Virus record (IMG/VR): IMGVR_UViG_3300013116_000108
Span: 140,101 to 204,100 of that record
DNA length: 64,000 nt
Strand: one strand, 5' to 3'
The notes beneath the pieces are model-generated. The model was given only the letters and a program-made list of their open reading frames with translations. It did no database searches and was not told the DNA's origin. Both the position numbers and the translations under genes were made by a program. Positions 15,781 to 24,486 of the stretch are shown piece after piece (position 1 is the stretch's first letter; the number at the start of each line of letters is the position of its first letter).

Positions 15781-17603
15781 GTTAATGTCTGCCTTATTTT
15801 AAAGTTATCGCTGACTCTATCACTTCCTTCTAGAAGCATATGAGCAGTAGTTGATGTAGCGCCATTTAATGTTGGCGTAAATTCTATTGTTGTTTTTCTT
15901 CTTACATCATGTATAAAGTCATAGTTAAATGTTTTAGTAATTGGATATTCAACATCATAATCAAATAGTCTAGCATCGCAATACTTAATAAGTTCTGTTA
16001 AGATGTCTTTATCAATGCTGTATTGCTCGAGAAATGTTTTTGCTTCAGCATAAAACTCATCTCGTTTTTCTGTTAAGTTTTCTCTGTAGCCTAAACTTTG
16101 ACTTGCTAATCCAAATACATAATCGTCTATTCTTCCTTTTGCTTTATCAAAATGTTTTCTAATTAAACCGTTACTGTTAATAACATAATTGTACCAGTCG
16201 TTATAAAATTCTTTTTTAGATACAATATTTTCTCTATCTAAATAATCTGCGGCATCACGTAAAAAATTAAATTCGTGTCCTGTTCTTGTAGTCCATGTCC
16301 ATTCCCAGATATGTTTTAAGTCATCTTCCGATAGCCATTTTGTAGAAACTACAAGTTCAATATCTTCTTTTGTTTCTTCGTTTAGTACTCCAGGAAAAGG
16401 TTTACGAATAGTTTTAAATCCAAACTCTTCTCTACTTTTTCTGCTACCTAATTCAGCATTTGGTAATAATGCTAAAGGATATAGATATGTTGTTAATTCT
16501 TGATAATTTGTAATTTCTAAATATGTGTCTTTCCAACTATCTACTGTTTCTCCGGGATTACCTACAATAAGTTCACAGTCAAATGGCAAACCTAATTCAG
16601 CACAACGTTTAGCAAAATATTCATAATCGTTACTATCCATATTATCACGTTTTATAAGTTCTAATGCTAATGGTGTTAGTGTTTGTAAACTCATAATAAA
16701 ACTTTTAATAAGTCCGGCATCATACATTTTCTTTGCTATTTGTAAAATGTGTTCGTTGGCATTTTTTGCCCAGTTAACAAAGAATGTTTTAGGATAACCG
16801 TATTTCTTTTTTGTAGCGATAATCATATCAGCAATAGCATTATCTCTATCTTTTAAAATACCAAAGTTAGCATCAACACTATACAAGAATCCTATTTTAT
16901 TTTTACCCGCATATTCTATTTCTGCTTCTAATCTGTTAATGTCGTGATTAACTAGTTTACTATATGTAAGTCCTCCCCAATCACAAAATGAACAAGCATA
17001 AGGACATCCTCTGTTTGTTTCAAACAGCATAGCATGATGTGATTTTATCTTAGGCATTGAGCCTGACAAATAAGGACTTGGTAATTTACTTAAATCACGT
17101 TGTCTAGTTACTCTTTTATTATCTGCTACATTATTAGTCCAATGTGTTCCAAAGTTAACAGCAGTATTAGGTTGTGTGTCAATGTATTCTTTATTTGGAT
17201 TTAGTAATATGTTTTTAAATATTTCTTCTCCTTCTTGGAAAACAACAACGTCAACATACTTGTGACCGTTCCACCATTCATGTTTGCTGTCTTGCGGAAC
17301 TTGTGGACCACCGTAAATAATCATACACTCTGGCCAACGTTTTTTAATTTTTTCTGCTAGTTGGTTAGTAAAATTTTCATTCCAAATGTAAACACTAAAT
17401 CCAAATATAAAAGGATCTACTATTTCGTTTACTATTTCGTCAATGTCTTTCTTTTCATAATAAAGACCTGCTAATTGATAATTGTTTTTAACTTGTTCAT
17501 CTAATTCAGCATAAGTCCATAACCCGGCAACACTATACGGCAAGAATTTATGATTGCCAGGGTTAATAGTCATACTAAAGTTTGCTAGATAAACATTTTT
17601 CAT
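15747..17603 (-). CDS. Cobalamin-binding radical SAM enzyme (class B methyltransferase-like)
   Basis: N-terminal B12-binding pattern FGFSVYIWN...IYGGPQVP; radical SAM motif ETNRGCPYACSFCDWG; ELIVGNPGET. Confidence 0.9.
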   Translation of the reverse strand: MKNVYLANFSMTINPGNHKFLPYSVAGLWTYAELDEQVKNNYQLAGLYYEKKDIDEIVNEIVDPFIFGFSVYIWNENFTNQLAEKIKKRWPECMIIYGGPQVPQDSKHEWWNGHKYVDVVVFQEGEEIFKNILLNPNKEYIDTQPNTAVNFGTHWTNNVADNKRVTRQRDLSKLPSPYLSGSMPKIKSHHAMLFETNRGCPYACSFCDWGGLTYSKLVNHDINRLEAEIEYAGKNKIGFLYSVDANFGILKDRDNAIADMIIATKKKYGYPKTFFVNWAKNANEHILQIAKKMYDAGLIKSFIMSLQTLTPLALELIKRDNMDSNDYEYFAKRCAELGLPFDCELIVGNPGETVDSWKDTYLEITNYQELTTYLYPLALLPNAELGSRKSREEFGFKTIRKPFPGVLNEETKEDIELVVSTKWLSEDDLKHIWEWTWTTRTGHEFNFLRDAADYLDRENIVSKKEFYNDWYNYVINSNGLIRKHFDKAKGRIDDYVFGLASQSLGYRENLTEKRDEFYAEAKTFLEQYSIDKDILTELIKYCDARLFDYDVEYPITKTFNYDFIHDVRRKTTIEFTPTLNGATSTTAHMLLEGSDRVSDNFKIRQTLTCTLNEPKIIL

Positions 17604-18229
17604 TTTGCCTTAAATATCCTCAGGGAATGATAGTGTTGATGTGTTGTAACTAAACTAGGCCAAGGTCCAATACATTCCACCTCAGTTAAAAATTGTTGTT
17701 TGTTCCAACCGGATTCTTCCATGTAATTATAGTCTTCCATATTTGGTGTTGTTATAACTAATATACCATCTTCATTTAAGCATTTAGAAATATTTTCGGC
17801 AGGTGCTGAACTTAAATGTCCTTTTGTAAACAATCCACTTGCTAATATAATATCGTATTTCTTAGGCAATGGTTGTTTTACAATATCAATAATACTGACA
17901 TTTCTATAATGCTCTTCTGCTTTTTTTATAAACTGTTCAGTTAGATCATATCCGTCTACATTAGAATACCCAGCCTGCCATAGTATTTCTCCACCGGGGC
18001 CTGGTCCACAACCTAAATCAGCAATCTCAATTTCCCATTGCTTTGGGTAGTTTTTTATTACATAATCAGTTGTTTTAACTGGTCCCAACCAGCCTGCTTC
18101 TTCGCATATATCTTTGGTGTACGTTTCCCAATGTTCATAAAGTTTTCTTTGTTCTTGTTTGTTGTCAAATCCATTATTGTAACTGTCGCCTAAATTTTTA
18201 TTGAGATTGCTCATTATTTTTTTATCCAA
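17600..18229 (-). CDS. Class I SAM-dependent methyltransferase (METTL27/WBSCR27-like)
   Basis: Motifs IADLGCGPG, VDGYDL and YDIILASGLFTKGHL. Confidence 0.85.
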   Translation of the reverse strand: MDKKIMSNLNKNLGDSYNNGFDNKQEQRKLYEHWETYTKDICEEAGWLGPVKTTDYVIKNYPKQWEIEIADLGCGPGPGGEILWQAGYSNVDGYDLTEQFIKKAEEHYRNVSIIDIVKQPLPKKYDIILASGLFTKGHLSSAPAENISKCLNEDGILVITTPNMEDYNYMEESGWNKQQFLTEVECIGPWPSLVTTHQHYHSLRIFKAK

Positions 18230-19626
18230 TCTGGGTTATCAATTAGTGTGTTATGTATATTTACTCTACTTACTTTAGGAATACACGTTGCTTGGCGTAA
18301 TATTGCGACTGTGCTTACTAAACTTGTGTATTTTACAGGCTGTTTAAATGGTTGCATTTTATCTTTACACCATTCTTGTAATTCTTGAGGAGAAACATCA
18401 CCATTGTATATACAAGCCGGTACAAAGTGTAATTTTTCGTCAGGTTGTGGATAAACATAAACCTCTTTAACACCTGGGTGTTGTGAAATAATATGCTCAA
18501 TTTCAAATGGATATACTTTACCGCCACCTCTTACAATTATAAGTTCATTTGATCTTCCTTTTAATATCCAGTTACCTTCTTCGTTTATTTCAGCAATATC
18601 TCCTGTGTCCCACCAATCACCGTCCGGTGTCATAGGACCTCTAAATTCAATAGTGCTATTTTCTGTTGACAGTCTGTATTCAGCACCGGCATTTACAAGA
18701 CACTCAATTGGCTTGCCTATTGTATCAAAATTGTTACTATAATTAACAAGTGTCATGCCTGTTGCGGCATCACCATATCCACATATCCAATTACTATGGC
18801 CAAAGAACTTTTCAAATTCTTCTTTTTGCCCATCAATAAGTGCGGCACCACTATACTCAAATACTTCGATACTGTGTCCACCGTTGTCACCTTTGTCAAT
18901 TACTTTTTGCCATGCTAGTGGAAAGCCTGCTAACCAAGTAGGTTTAACCCATTTAGCCGCCTCGGCATATTCTTCTTGCTCGTATATAAGATGGCAATGC
19001 CCACCTTTTGCTATTGTTGTAAATGTAACTTCTTGTCCCCAGCCAATGTAAGGACCCATAGAATTAATTGTTCTGTTTGTTTCTGGACTACGATACCATT
19101 TGTTTCCACGTTCACGATAATAATGTGTAACGTCTTGACTTGTGCCATAGTTGTTTTCATCTAGCTCGTAAGGTACAGGATAACTTTTAGTCCAGCCGTA
19201 TGGATGACTAGTTCCACTACTATAATAAAGCATTATTTCTTTGTCAAGAACTGTACTTTTTTCATAATGTAAATGTTCTAAATCAACAGTACCATCTAAG
19301 TTAACATAAACAATAGCATTAGATTTGTTAGCATCTAATCTAAATTTCCAGTCACCCTCTTCACCGTTCTTATATGCTTGTTTTAAATCTTCACCCCATG
19401 GTAAAGTTGTCGCACACATATCTAAAGCCGCGGCAAATAGATACAAATATGTATGAACAGAGTTAATACCTACTACGCTTATTCTGTGACCAGCATGGTA
19501 TCCTTGTTCTTTGTACCAAGCATTAATCTTGTGTATCTCTTTAATAAATTCGTTGTATGTTAATTTTGTATTTTTATCACTCAGAGCTATATTCTCCGAT
19601 GGTACTAATAAGTGATACGGCCTCAT
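18214..19626 (-). CDS. AMP-binding (ANL superfamily) adenylate-forming ligase
   Basis: A3-like YYSSGTS..TKS, A5-like GYG, A7/A8 WWDTGDI...GRSNELII..GGKVYPFEIE, and a C-terminal Lys. Confidence 0.85.
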   Translation of the reverse strand: MRPYHLLVPSENIALSDKNTKLTYNEFIKEIHKINAWYKEQGYHAGHRISVVGINSVHTYLYLFAAALDMCATTLPWGEDLKQAYKNGEEGDWKFRLDANKSNAIVYVNLDGTVDLEHLHYEKSTVLDKEIMLYYSSGTSHPYGWTKSYPVPYELDENNYGTSQDVTHYYRERGNKWYRSPETNRTINSMGPYIGWGQEVTFTTIAKGGHCHLIYEQEEYAEAAKWVKPTWLAGFPLAWQKVIDKGDNGGHSIEVFEYSGAALIDGQKEEFEKFFGHSNWICGYGDAATGMTLVNYSNNFDTIGKPIECLVNAGAEYRLSTENSTIEFRGPMTPDGDWWDTGDIAEINEEGNWILKGRSNELIIVRGGGKVYPFEIEHIISQHPGVKEVYVYPQPDEKLHFVPACIYNGDVSPQELQEWCKDKMQPFKQPVKYTSLVSTVAILRQATCIPKVSRVNIHNTLIDNPDWIKK

Positions 19627-19636
19627 CTATGCTCCT

Positions 19637-21400
19637 TTAATTGATTTTAACGTCGTTGTTGTAACTGGTAAATCCGTTTTCTTTAGTTACTGTTAGAACA
19701 TTATTTACCCTACCCGCTAATTCATCTCTATGAGAAATAAGCCAAATAGATTTGTGGCGTTCTCTAGAAATCTTTTTAAGGACTGCTAGAGAACTTTCCA
19801 CACCTGAGGTGTCCATGCCTGAGTCAACTAACTCGTCGATGAATAACAAGTTTATAGGTTGGTATAAGTTTTCCCAAACATCACGGAATGACCAACTCAA
19901 TGCTAGAATTAATCTATTCCTTTCACCTCTGGACAAGTTATCAAAGTCAAGATCACGTCCTAATTCTGTAATCTCGATTGATAAATCATTTTGAAAAACT
20001 ACTTTATGAGGTAGTCCAATTTTGTCAAGATAATATGTTAAACGTTTATTTAAAAATGCTAAGTTTTGTTCAATAATACGTTTACGAACAAAACTATCTT
20101 TACTTGTTAATAATTTGTATAAAAACTCTTGATGTTCTTTTTTGAAATTTAAATCTTCTAATAGTTCAAATGATACTTCTTGGATTCCTGTTTCTTCCAT
20201 TTCAGTTATTTGTTCATTATAAGTGTTTTCTTCTGCTTGTTTATTTGTTAACTGATTTTCTAAAGTAGTTAACGTACTCTTATGATTGTGTGCTTCAGTT
20301 AAGTCAGAATAAAATGTTTCTGGCTTATCGCCAACGGGTTCTCTTAATGCTATATTATCTGTTACTTTTAATCCAGCATCAACTATTTCCTGTGCTATAT
20401 CCTCAACTTGCTTTTCGAGACTTGTTAATTTTTCTTCATATTCCTTTAAGTGTTTAATATCTTGGCCACAACTATCGCATGTATGATTTTTAACATGTTC
20501 TAAACTAGCAACAAGTTTGTCAGACTCCTTAACTAGTCTTTCTAGTTGTCGTTCGCTACTTGCTATGTCTGTTTCTACATCTTTTTGTTGCCTTTTGCGG
20601 TCTCTAAAGTCGTTTAACAGTTTGTGTTGTTCAAGTTCTTTGTCTATATCAACGTCACCTAAATCAATAATTGCTTTTTCTAATTTTTGTATTTGCTCAT
20701 CTTTATTATCCTCCCACATCTTACTTCGACGTTTGAGGTTTTCTATTTGTTCTTTAATATGTTCGTTTGCTTTTTCGACACCTTGTATTCTAAATTCTTC
20801 TTCTTTAGCCCGGTCTCGATTAACTTTCATTTCTTCTCTAAGTCGTTCTGCTTTTTCACTTAGTAAAGTAATACCCAACAGTTGCTCAATAATAGCACGT
20901 TGGTCATTATTTTTTAAACTTAAAAAAGGTTCTGTGTAAGTGTTAAGCGCCACAACATGTTTGAACATCTCGTGACCCATTTCAAGTAATCGATTTATTT
21001 CGTGTTGTGTTTCTCTGCTATCACCTTGAGCATTATCATCTGCTTCTTGTTCTTGATTATCTACATAAAATTTTAATAAGTTAGGCTTACGTCCACGTTC
21101 AATTTTATACTTTTTTCCCTTCTTTTCAAACTCTAAACAAACAAGCATATTCTTGCCATTTGTTTTATTAATTAAATTATCAGCCCTAATTTTAGTAAGT
21201 GCTTGTCCATACAAGGCATAACTTAAAGCATTAATAATTGTAGTTTTACCAGTACCGTTTCTAGCACCTGTGTCGTCTCCACCTAAGTCGAGGTTTTCGC
21301 CTAATACTAATGTTAAATCCTCTCTGTTAAAATCAATCGCTTGTGTGCTGTTACCCACACTCATAAAATTCTTGACTGTGATACTATTCAAATTAAACAT
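19637..21400 (-). CDS. g46: Recombination nuclease ATPase subunit (gp46/SbcC/Rad50)
   Basis: Walker A NGTGKTT, Zn-hook CDSCG, signature LSRGE and Walker B LLFIDE. Confidence 0.95.
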   Translation of the reverse strand: MFNLNSITVKNFMSVGNSTQAIDFNREDLTLVLGENLDLGGDDTGARNGTGKTTIINALSYALYGQALTKIRADNLINKTNGKNMLVCLEFEKKGKKYKIERGRKPNLLKFYVDNQEQEADDNAQGDSRETQHEINRLLEMGHEMFKHVVALNTYTEPFLSLKNNDQRAIIEQLLGITLLSEKAERLREEMKVNRDRAKEEEFRIQGVEKANEHIKEQIENLKRRSKMWEDNKDEQIQKLEKAIIDLGDVDIDKELEQHKLLNDFRDRKRQQKDVETDIASSERQLERLVKESDKLVASLEHVKNHTCDSCGQDIKHLKEYEEKLTSLEKQVEDIAQEIVDAGLKVTDNIALREPVGDKPETFYSDLTEAHNHKSTLTTLENQLTNKQAEENTYNEQITEMEETGIQEVSFELLEDLNFKKEHQEFLYKLLTSKDSFVRKRIIEQNLAFLNKRLTYYLDKIGLPHKVVFQNDLSIEITELGRDLDFDNLSRGERNRLILALSWSFRDVWENLYQPINLLFIDELVDSGMDTSGVESSLAVLKKISRERHKSIWLISHRDELAGRVNNVLTVTKENGFTSYNNDVKIN

Positions 21401-22416
21401 TAAAGATTCCTGTAAATTTCCGTTAAGAGATTTTTATCATAAAAATCTGTTTCGACTGCTTCGAGTTGACTGTATACAATACTGTCTACAGATTCAAAAT
21501 TAATTTCAACTGTTTCATCTACTTGAGTGTCTTCTAATTTTTGTTGTATTAAACTTAGTTCTCGTATGGGATATTTTTCCATAAAGTTTTCTCGTATGAA
21601 ATTTGCTTCTTCGTAACTAATTTCAATATCAAGCATAACCCTAGCATACGTTTTAGGTAATAGATACTTGTCTGGATCGTCAAGCAGTTGTCCTAGTTTT
21701 AGTGTTTTGTACTTAGGAGCATCAGGCCATGCTATATACTCAGGCTGTCCTCCCCACTCTAGTATCATTACACCTCTATCATCATCCCAAGCATCTGAAT
21801 AATTATGTGGGAAAGCGTTACCAATATATGTAATGTTTCCTCTTGTTTGTCGTTTGTGAAAGTGACCACTAAAAGCATGTTCTACTCCGCCAAAATCGTC
21901 GTCGTGTAGTTCGCCTATGTCGGGCATTTGTACCATAGCATTCATATAGAAATGAGGCAACTCTAAATGCCCAAACATATATTTGGCTTTAATTTTACTA
22001 ATACCCTTGTGTTCATCGCCTACTAACCAAGGTACAATAGCAACGTTACCGTCAACAGTAACATCATTGTAAATTTTAATATTGGGATAATTTTTAATCC
22101 ATGCTATAGAATTAAAGTCACGTTTATCACGATAGTATTCATCATGATTACCCGGAATGAATACAATTTTTTCAAATGCTTTGCTTAAAGCATCAATGGC
22201 TTTAATACTATAGTTAAGTGTAGCAACATTAATTGCCGCTCTATGATGATGCCAGTCGCCAAGAAATAAGCAAGTGTCACATTCTTGTTCTTTACCTTGT
22301 TTGATCACCCATTCAACAAACTCTAAACAATCGTCATTAAACAATGTAGAATTAGACTTGTTACCAAAGTGAATGTCTGTAAAGGCTATCGCCTTTTTAA
22401 ATAAATTATCTGCCAT
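21400..22416 (-). CDS. g47: Recombination nuclease subunit (gp47/SbcD/Mre11)
   Basis: Metallophosphoesterase motifs DIHFG, LGDWHH, GNHD and GHFH. Confidence 0.95.
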   Translation of the reverse strand: MADNLFKKAIAFTDIHFGNKSNSTLFNDDCLEFVEWVIKQGKEQECDTCLFLGDWHHHRAAINVATLNYSIKAIDALSKAFEKIVFIPGNHDEYYRDKRDFNSIAWIKNYPNIKIYNDVTVDGNVAIVPWLVGDEHKGISKIKAKYMFGHLELPHFYMNAMVQMPDIGELHDDDFGGVEHAFSGHFHKRQTRGNITYIGNAFPHNYSDAWDDDRGVMILEWGGQPEYIAWPDAPKYKTLKLGQLLDDPDKYLLPKTYARVMLDIEISYEEANFIRENFMEKYPIRELSLIQQKLEDTQVDETVEINFESVDSIVYSQLEAVETDFYDKNLLTEIYRNL

Positions 22417-22436
22417 TATACCAACCTGTTTACAAC

Positions 22437-22465
22437 ATTATTACACAAAGTAAATGCTTTGTCAA
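22437..22465 (-). promoter_or_regulatory. Sigma70-type promoter for the g47-g46-biosynthetic cluster operon
   Basis: TTGACA-17-(TG-T)AATAAT; the -35 element overlaps the g55 stop codon. Confidence 0.55.
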
Positions 22466-23385
22466 TCTTTTTCTTCTAAATCTTTCCCGTCATCTGTTTC
22501 CTCATAAGGCTTGCCGTGTTCTTGTTCCCATTCTTCAGCCGTCCATCTTCTCATTTCACTATTTGGATTTTTAAGTATCATCTTTCCTGATTTAATATCG
22601 TTCTCTGTTTGTCTTGTAAAACTTGGCATCAGCCCTGCTTCTTCTAAAATGTCATCTCGGATAATTTGATTTTTCTTTTCTAAATTTAATACTCTTGTAA
22701 AACTATTTGTAATTGCCGCTGTATAATAAGCAAACGGATTTTGTGATTTAGACTCGTCAAATTGTAAACCAATTTGTGCCAGTTGTAGCAATGCTGTACT
22801 TCGCATTTCGTCGTTGTAAGTATATCCTCTCCAATTTGATCTTGTAGCATATCTTTCACATAACTTTATAAACATTTTGGCTAAATTAGGATTAATGTTA
22901 CCGTGATCTTTATTAAAATATCCATTTTCTAGGCCGCCCTCCCAGTGACTCTTGCCAACCATTATTAATTCTCCACTAACTTCGTCAAATCTATAATGAA
23001 CAAATGGGGGGAAATTACACCTAACATGACGGTCTGCTAATGTTTTAGGATTCTTTTTTCTACCCGGCTCTTCTGGTATGTGATCAAATGTCATAACACG
23101 AAATACTACTTCATGTTTTTGGATTTTTTTCCAATCAATCGCAAATTCTGCCTGTTTTACTTTTTGTCCAGATTCAATTGCCTCTGTATAGGCAAGTTTT
23201 GCTAGTCGATCTGCCCGGTTTCGTTTTGCTTCGGCTGTGGTTCTTATATTAATTCTATCTACGCTTGGTAGAATAATATCATATTGTGAGTCAGTTTCGT
23301 CGTCTATATATGAACTGTAACTGTTCTTACTGTTGTGTATCTCCTTCAAAAGATCTCTATTATTTAAATATTTTTTTCTGGCCAT
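22462..23385 (-). CDS. g55: Late-transcription sigma factor (gp55-like)
   Basis: Motifs KKYLNNRDLLKEI and WRGYTYNDEM...FDESKSQNPFAYYTAAITNSF. Confidence 0.85.
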   Translation of the reverse strand: MARKKYLNNRDLLKEIHNSKNSYSSYIDDETDSQYDIILPSVDRINIRTTAEAKRNRADRLAKLAYTEAIESGQKVKQAEFAIDWKKIQKHEVVFRVMTFDHIPEEPGRKKNPKTLADRHVRCNFPPFVHYRFDEVSGELIMVGKSHWEGGLENGYFNKDHGNINPNLAKMFIKLCERYATRSNWRGYTYNDEMRSTALLQLAQIGLQFDESKSQNPFAYYTAAITNSFTRVLNLEKKNQIIRDDILEEAGLMPSFTRQTENDIKSGKMILKNPNSEMRRWTAEEWEQEHGKPYEETDDGKDLEEKD

Positions 23386-23424
23386 TTATTGACTCCTTAA
23401 ATTATATACTCATATAATAACACA

Positions 23425-23432
23425 TATAAATA
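23425..23432 (+). promoter_or_regulatory. T4 late promoter TATAAATA for the baseplate operon
   Basis: Perfect consensus. A divergent TTGCTC-17-TATTAT sigma70-like promoter for g55 overlaps it. Confidence 0.75.
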
Positions 23433-23466
23433 CAAAGAGCAAGAACTAAAAAGGATTTAATTAACT

Positions 23467-24186
23467 ATGGCAAATAGTAGCAACGATAAACGAAAAAAAG
23501 ACTTATTTTCGCAAGTAGGCAAGAAATACTCTTGGGAACCATCCGAAGGTGGTCGGGATTTTTCTTATCATCGGTATTCTGTTGAGAAGAAAAGAGTAAA
23601 ACTATCGTTGCCTCCTAAAACTAAAAACCTTTTTTATGATGGTGCTAATGAGTACGATCGTTGGTTATTAGAACCACTTAAAAAAGTAAACGGTGTTATA
23701 TTTCCGTTTGTACCACAAATTATTATTAACAATGCCGCTAATTATAGTGCTCAAAGCCCTGCTCATACTAATTATCCATATCAGGTTTACCAGAACTCTA
23801 GTATTGGAACCGTTAACTTATTTGGACAGTTTTCAGCACAAACACAAGATGAAGCAAAGTATGTTAGAGCAGTTATCTTGTTTATGAGACTAGTAACAAA
23901 AAGTTTTAGAAATAATGATCCTAATGCTGGTAATCCTCCAATTATACTAAGGTTAACCGGACACGGTAGCAATTTACTACCTAATGCTCCAGTAGTTGTT
24001 CAATCATTTGATTTAACATTGCCTAATAGTGTAGATTATATTACAATTCTTGATCATAAAAAAGATAGAATACCTACAATGACTGATATCTCTATAACAA
24101 TGACACCTATTTACAGTAGATCTGATCTTACACAATTCTCAATGGACGACATAGCAAACGGTAAGAATTTGAAAGGATTTATGTAA
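23467..24186 (+). CDS. Tail tube initiator/baseplate protein (gp48/gp54 or P2 gpU-like)
   Basis: GVIFPFVP..., GNPPIILRL and VVQSFDLTLP resemble contractile-tail tube initiators; first gene of the baseplate operon. Confidence 0.55.
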   Translation: MANSSNDKRKKDLFSQVGKKYSWEPSEGGRDFSYHRYSVEKKRVKLSLPPKTKNLFYDGANEYDRWLLEPLKKVNGVIFPFVPQIIINNAANYSAQSPAHTNYPYQVYQNSSIGTVNLFGQFSAQTQDEAKYVRAVILFMRLVTKSFRNNDPNAGNPPIILRLTGHGSNLLPNAPVVVQSFDLTLPNSVDYITILDHKKDRIPTMTDISITMTPIYSRSDLTQFSMDDIANGKNLKGFM

Positions 24187-24485
24187 TGGCTAAGTATCTT
24201 GCAACTAGTCCTTATTTTAATACAACAAAAGGTATAAACCAATTAAATGTATTAGCAAAAAGAAATGTCCCTTCAAGCAATAACGATCGTGTGTATACAA
24301 TAGCAAAAGAGTATGAACATCGACCAGACTTATTAGCATATGACTTGTACGGTGACGTAAATTTATGGTGGGTGTTTACTAACAGAAACCCTGACGTAAT
24401 TAAAGATCCTATATTTGACTTCTTGTCAGGAACTACTATCTACTTGCCACAACAAAATTTGTTAAAAGAATCACTAGGAATTTAA
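24186..24485 (+). CDS. LysM-like baseplate wedge protein (gp53-like)
   Basis: RPDLLAYDLYGDVNLWWVF...TIYLP. Confidence 0.8.
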   Translation: MAKYLATSPYFNTTKGINQLNVLAKRNVPSSNNDRVYTIAKEYEHRPDLLAYDLYGDVNLWWVFTNRNPDVIKDPIFDFLSGTTIYLPQQNLLKESLGI

Positions 24486-24486
24486 A

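Noticed and set aside
18214-19626. The ANL enzyme as part of an NRPS
   Set aside because: It is a stand-alone 470 aa protein; no thiolation, condensation or thioesterase domain is seen in the window.
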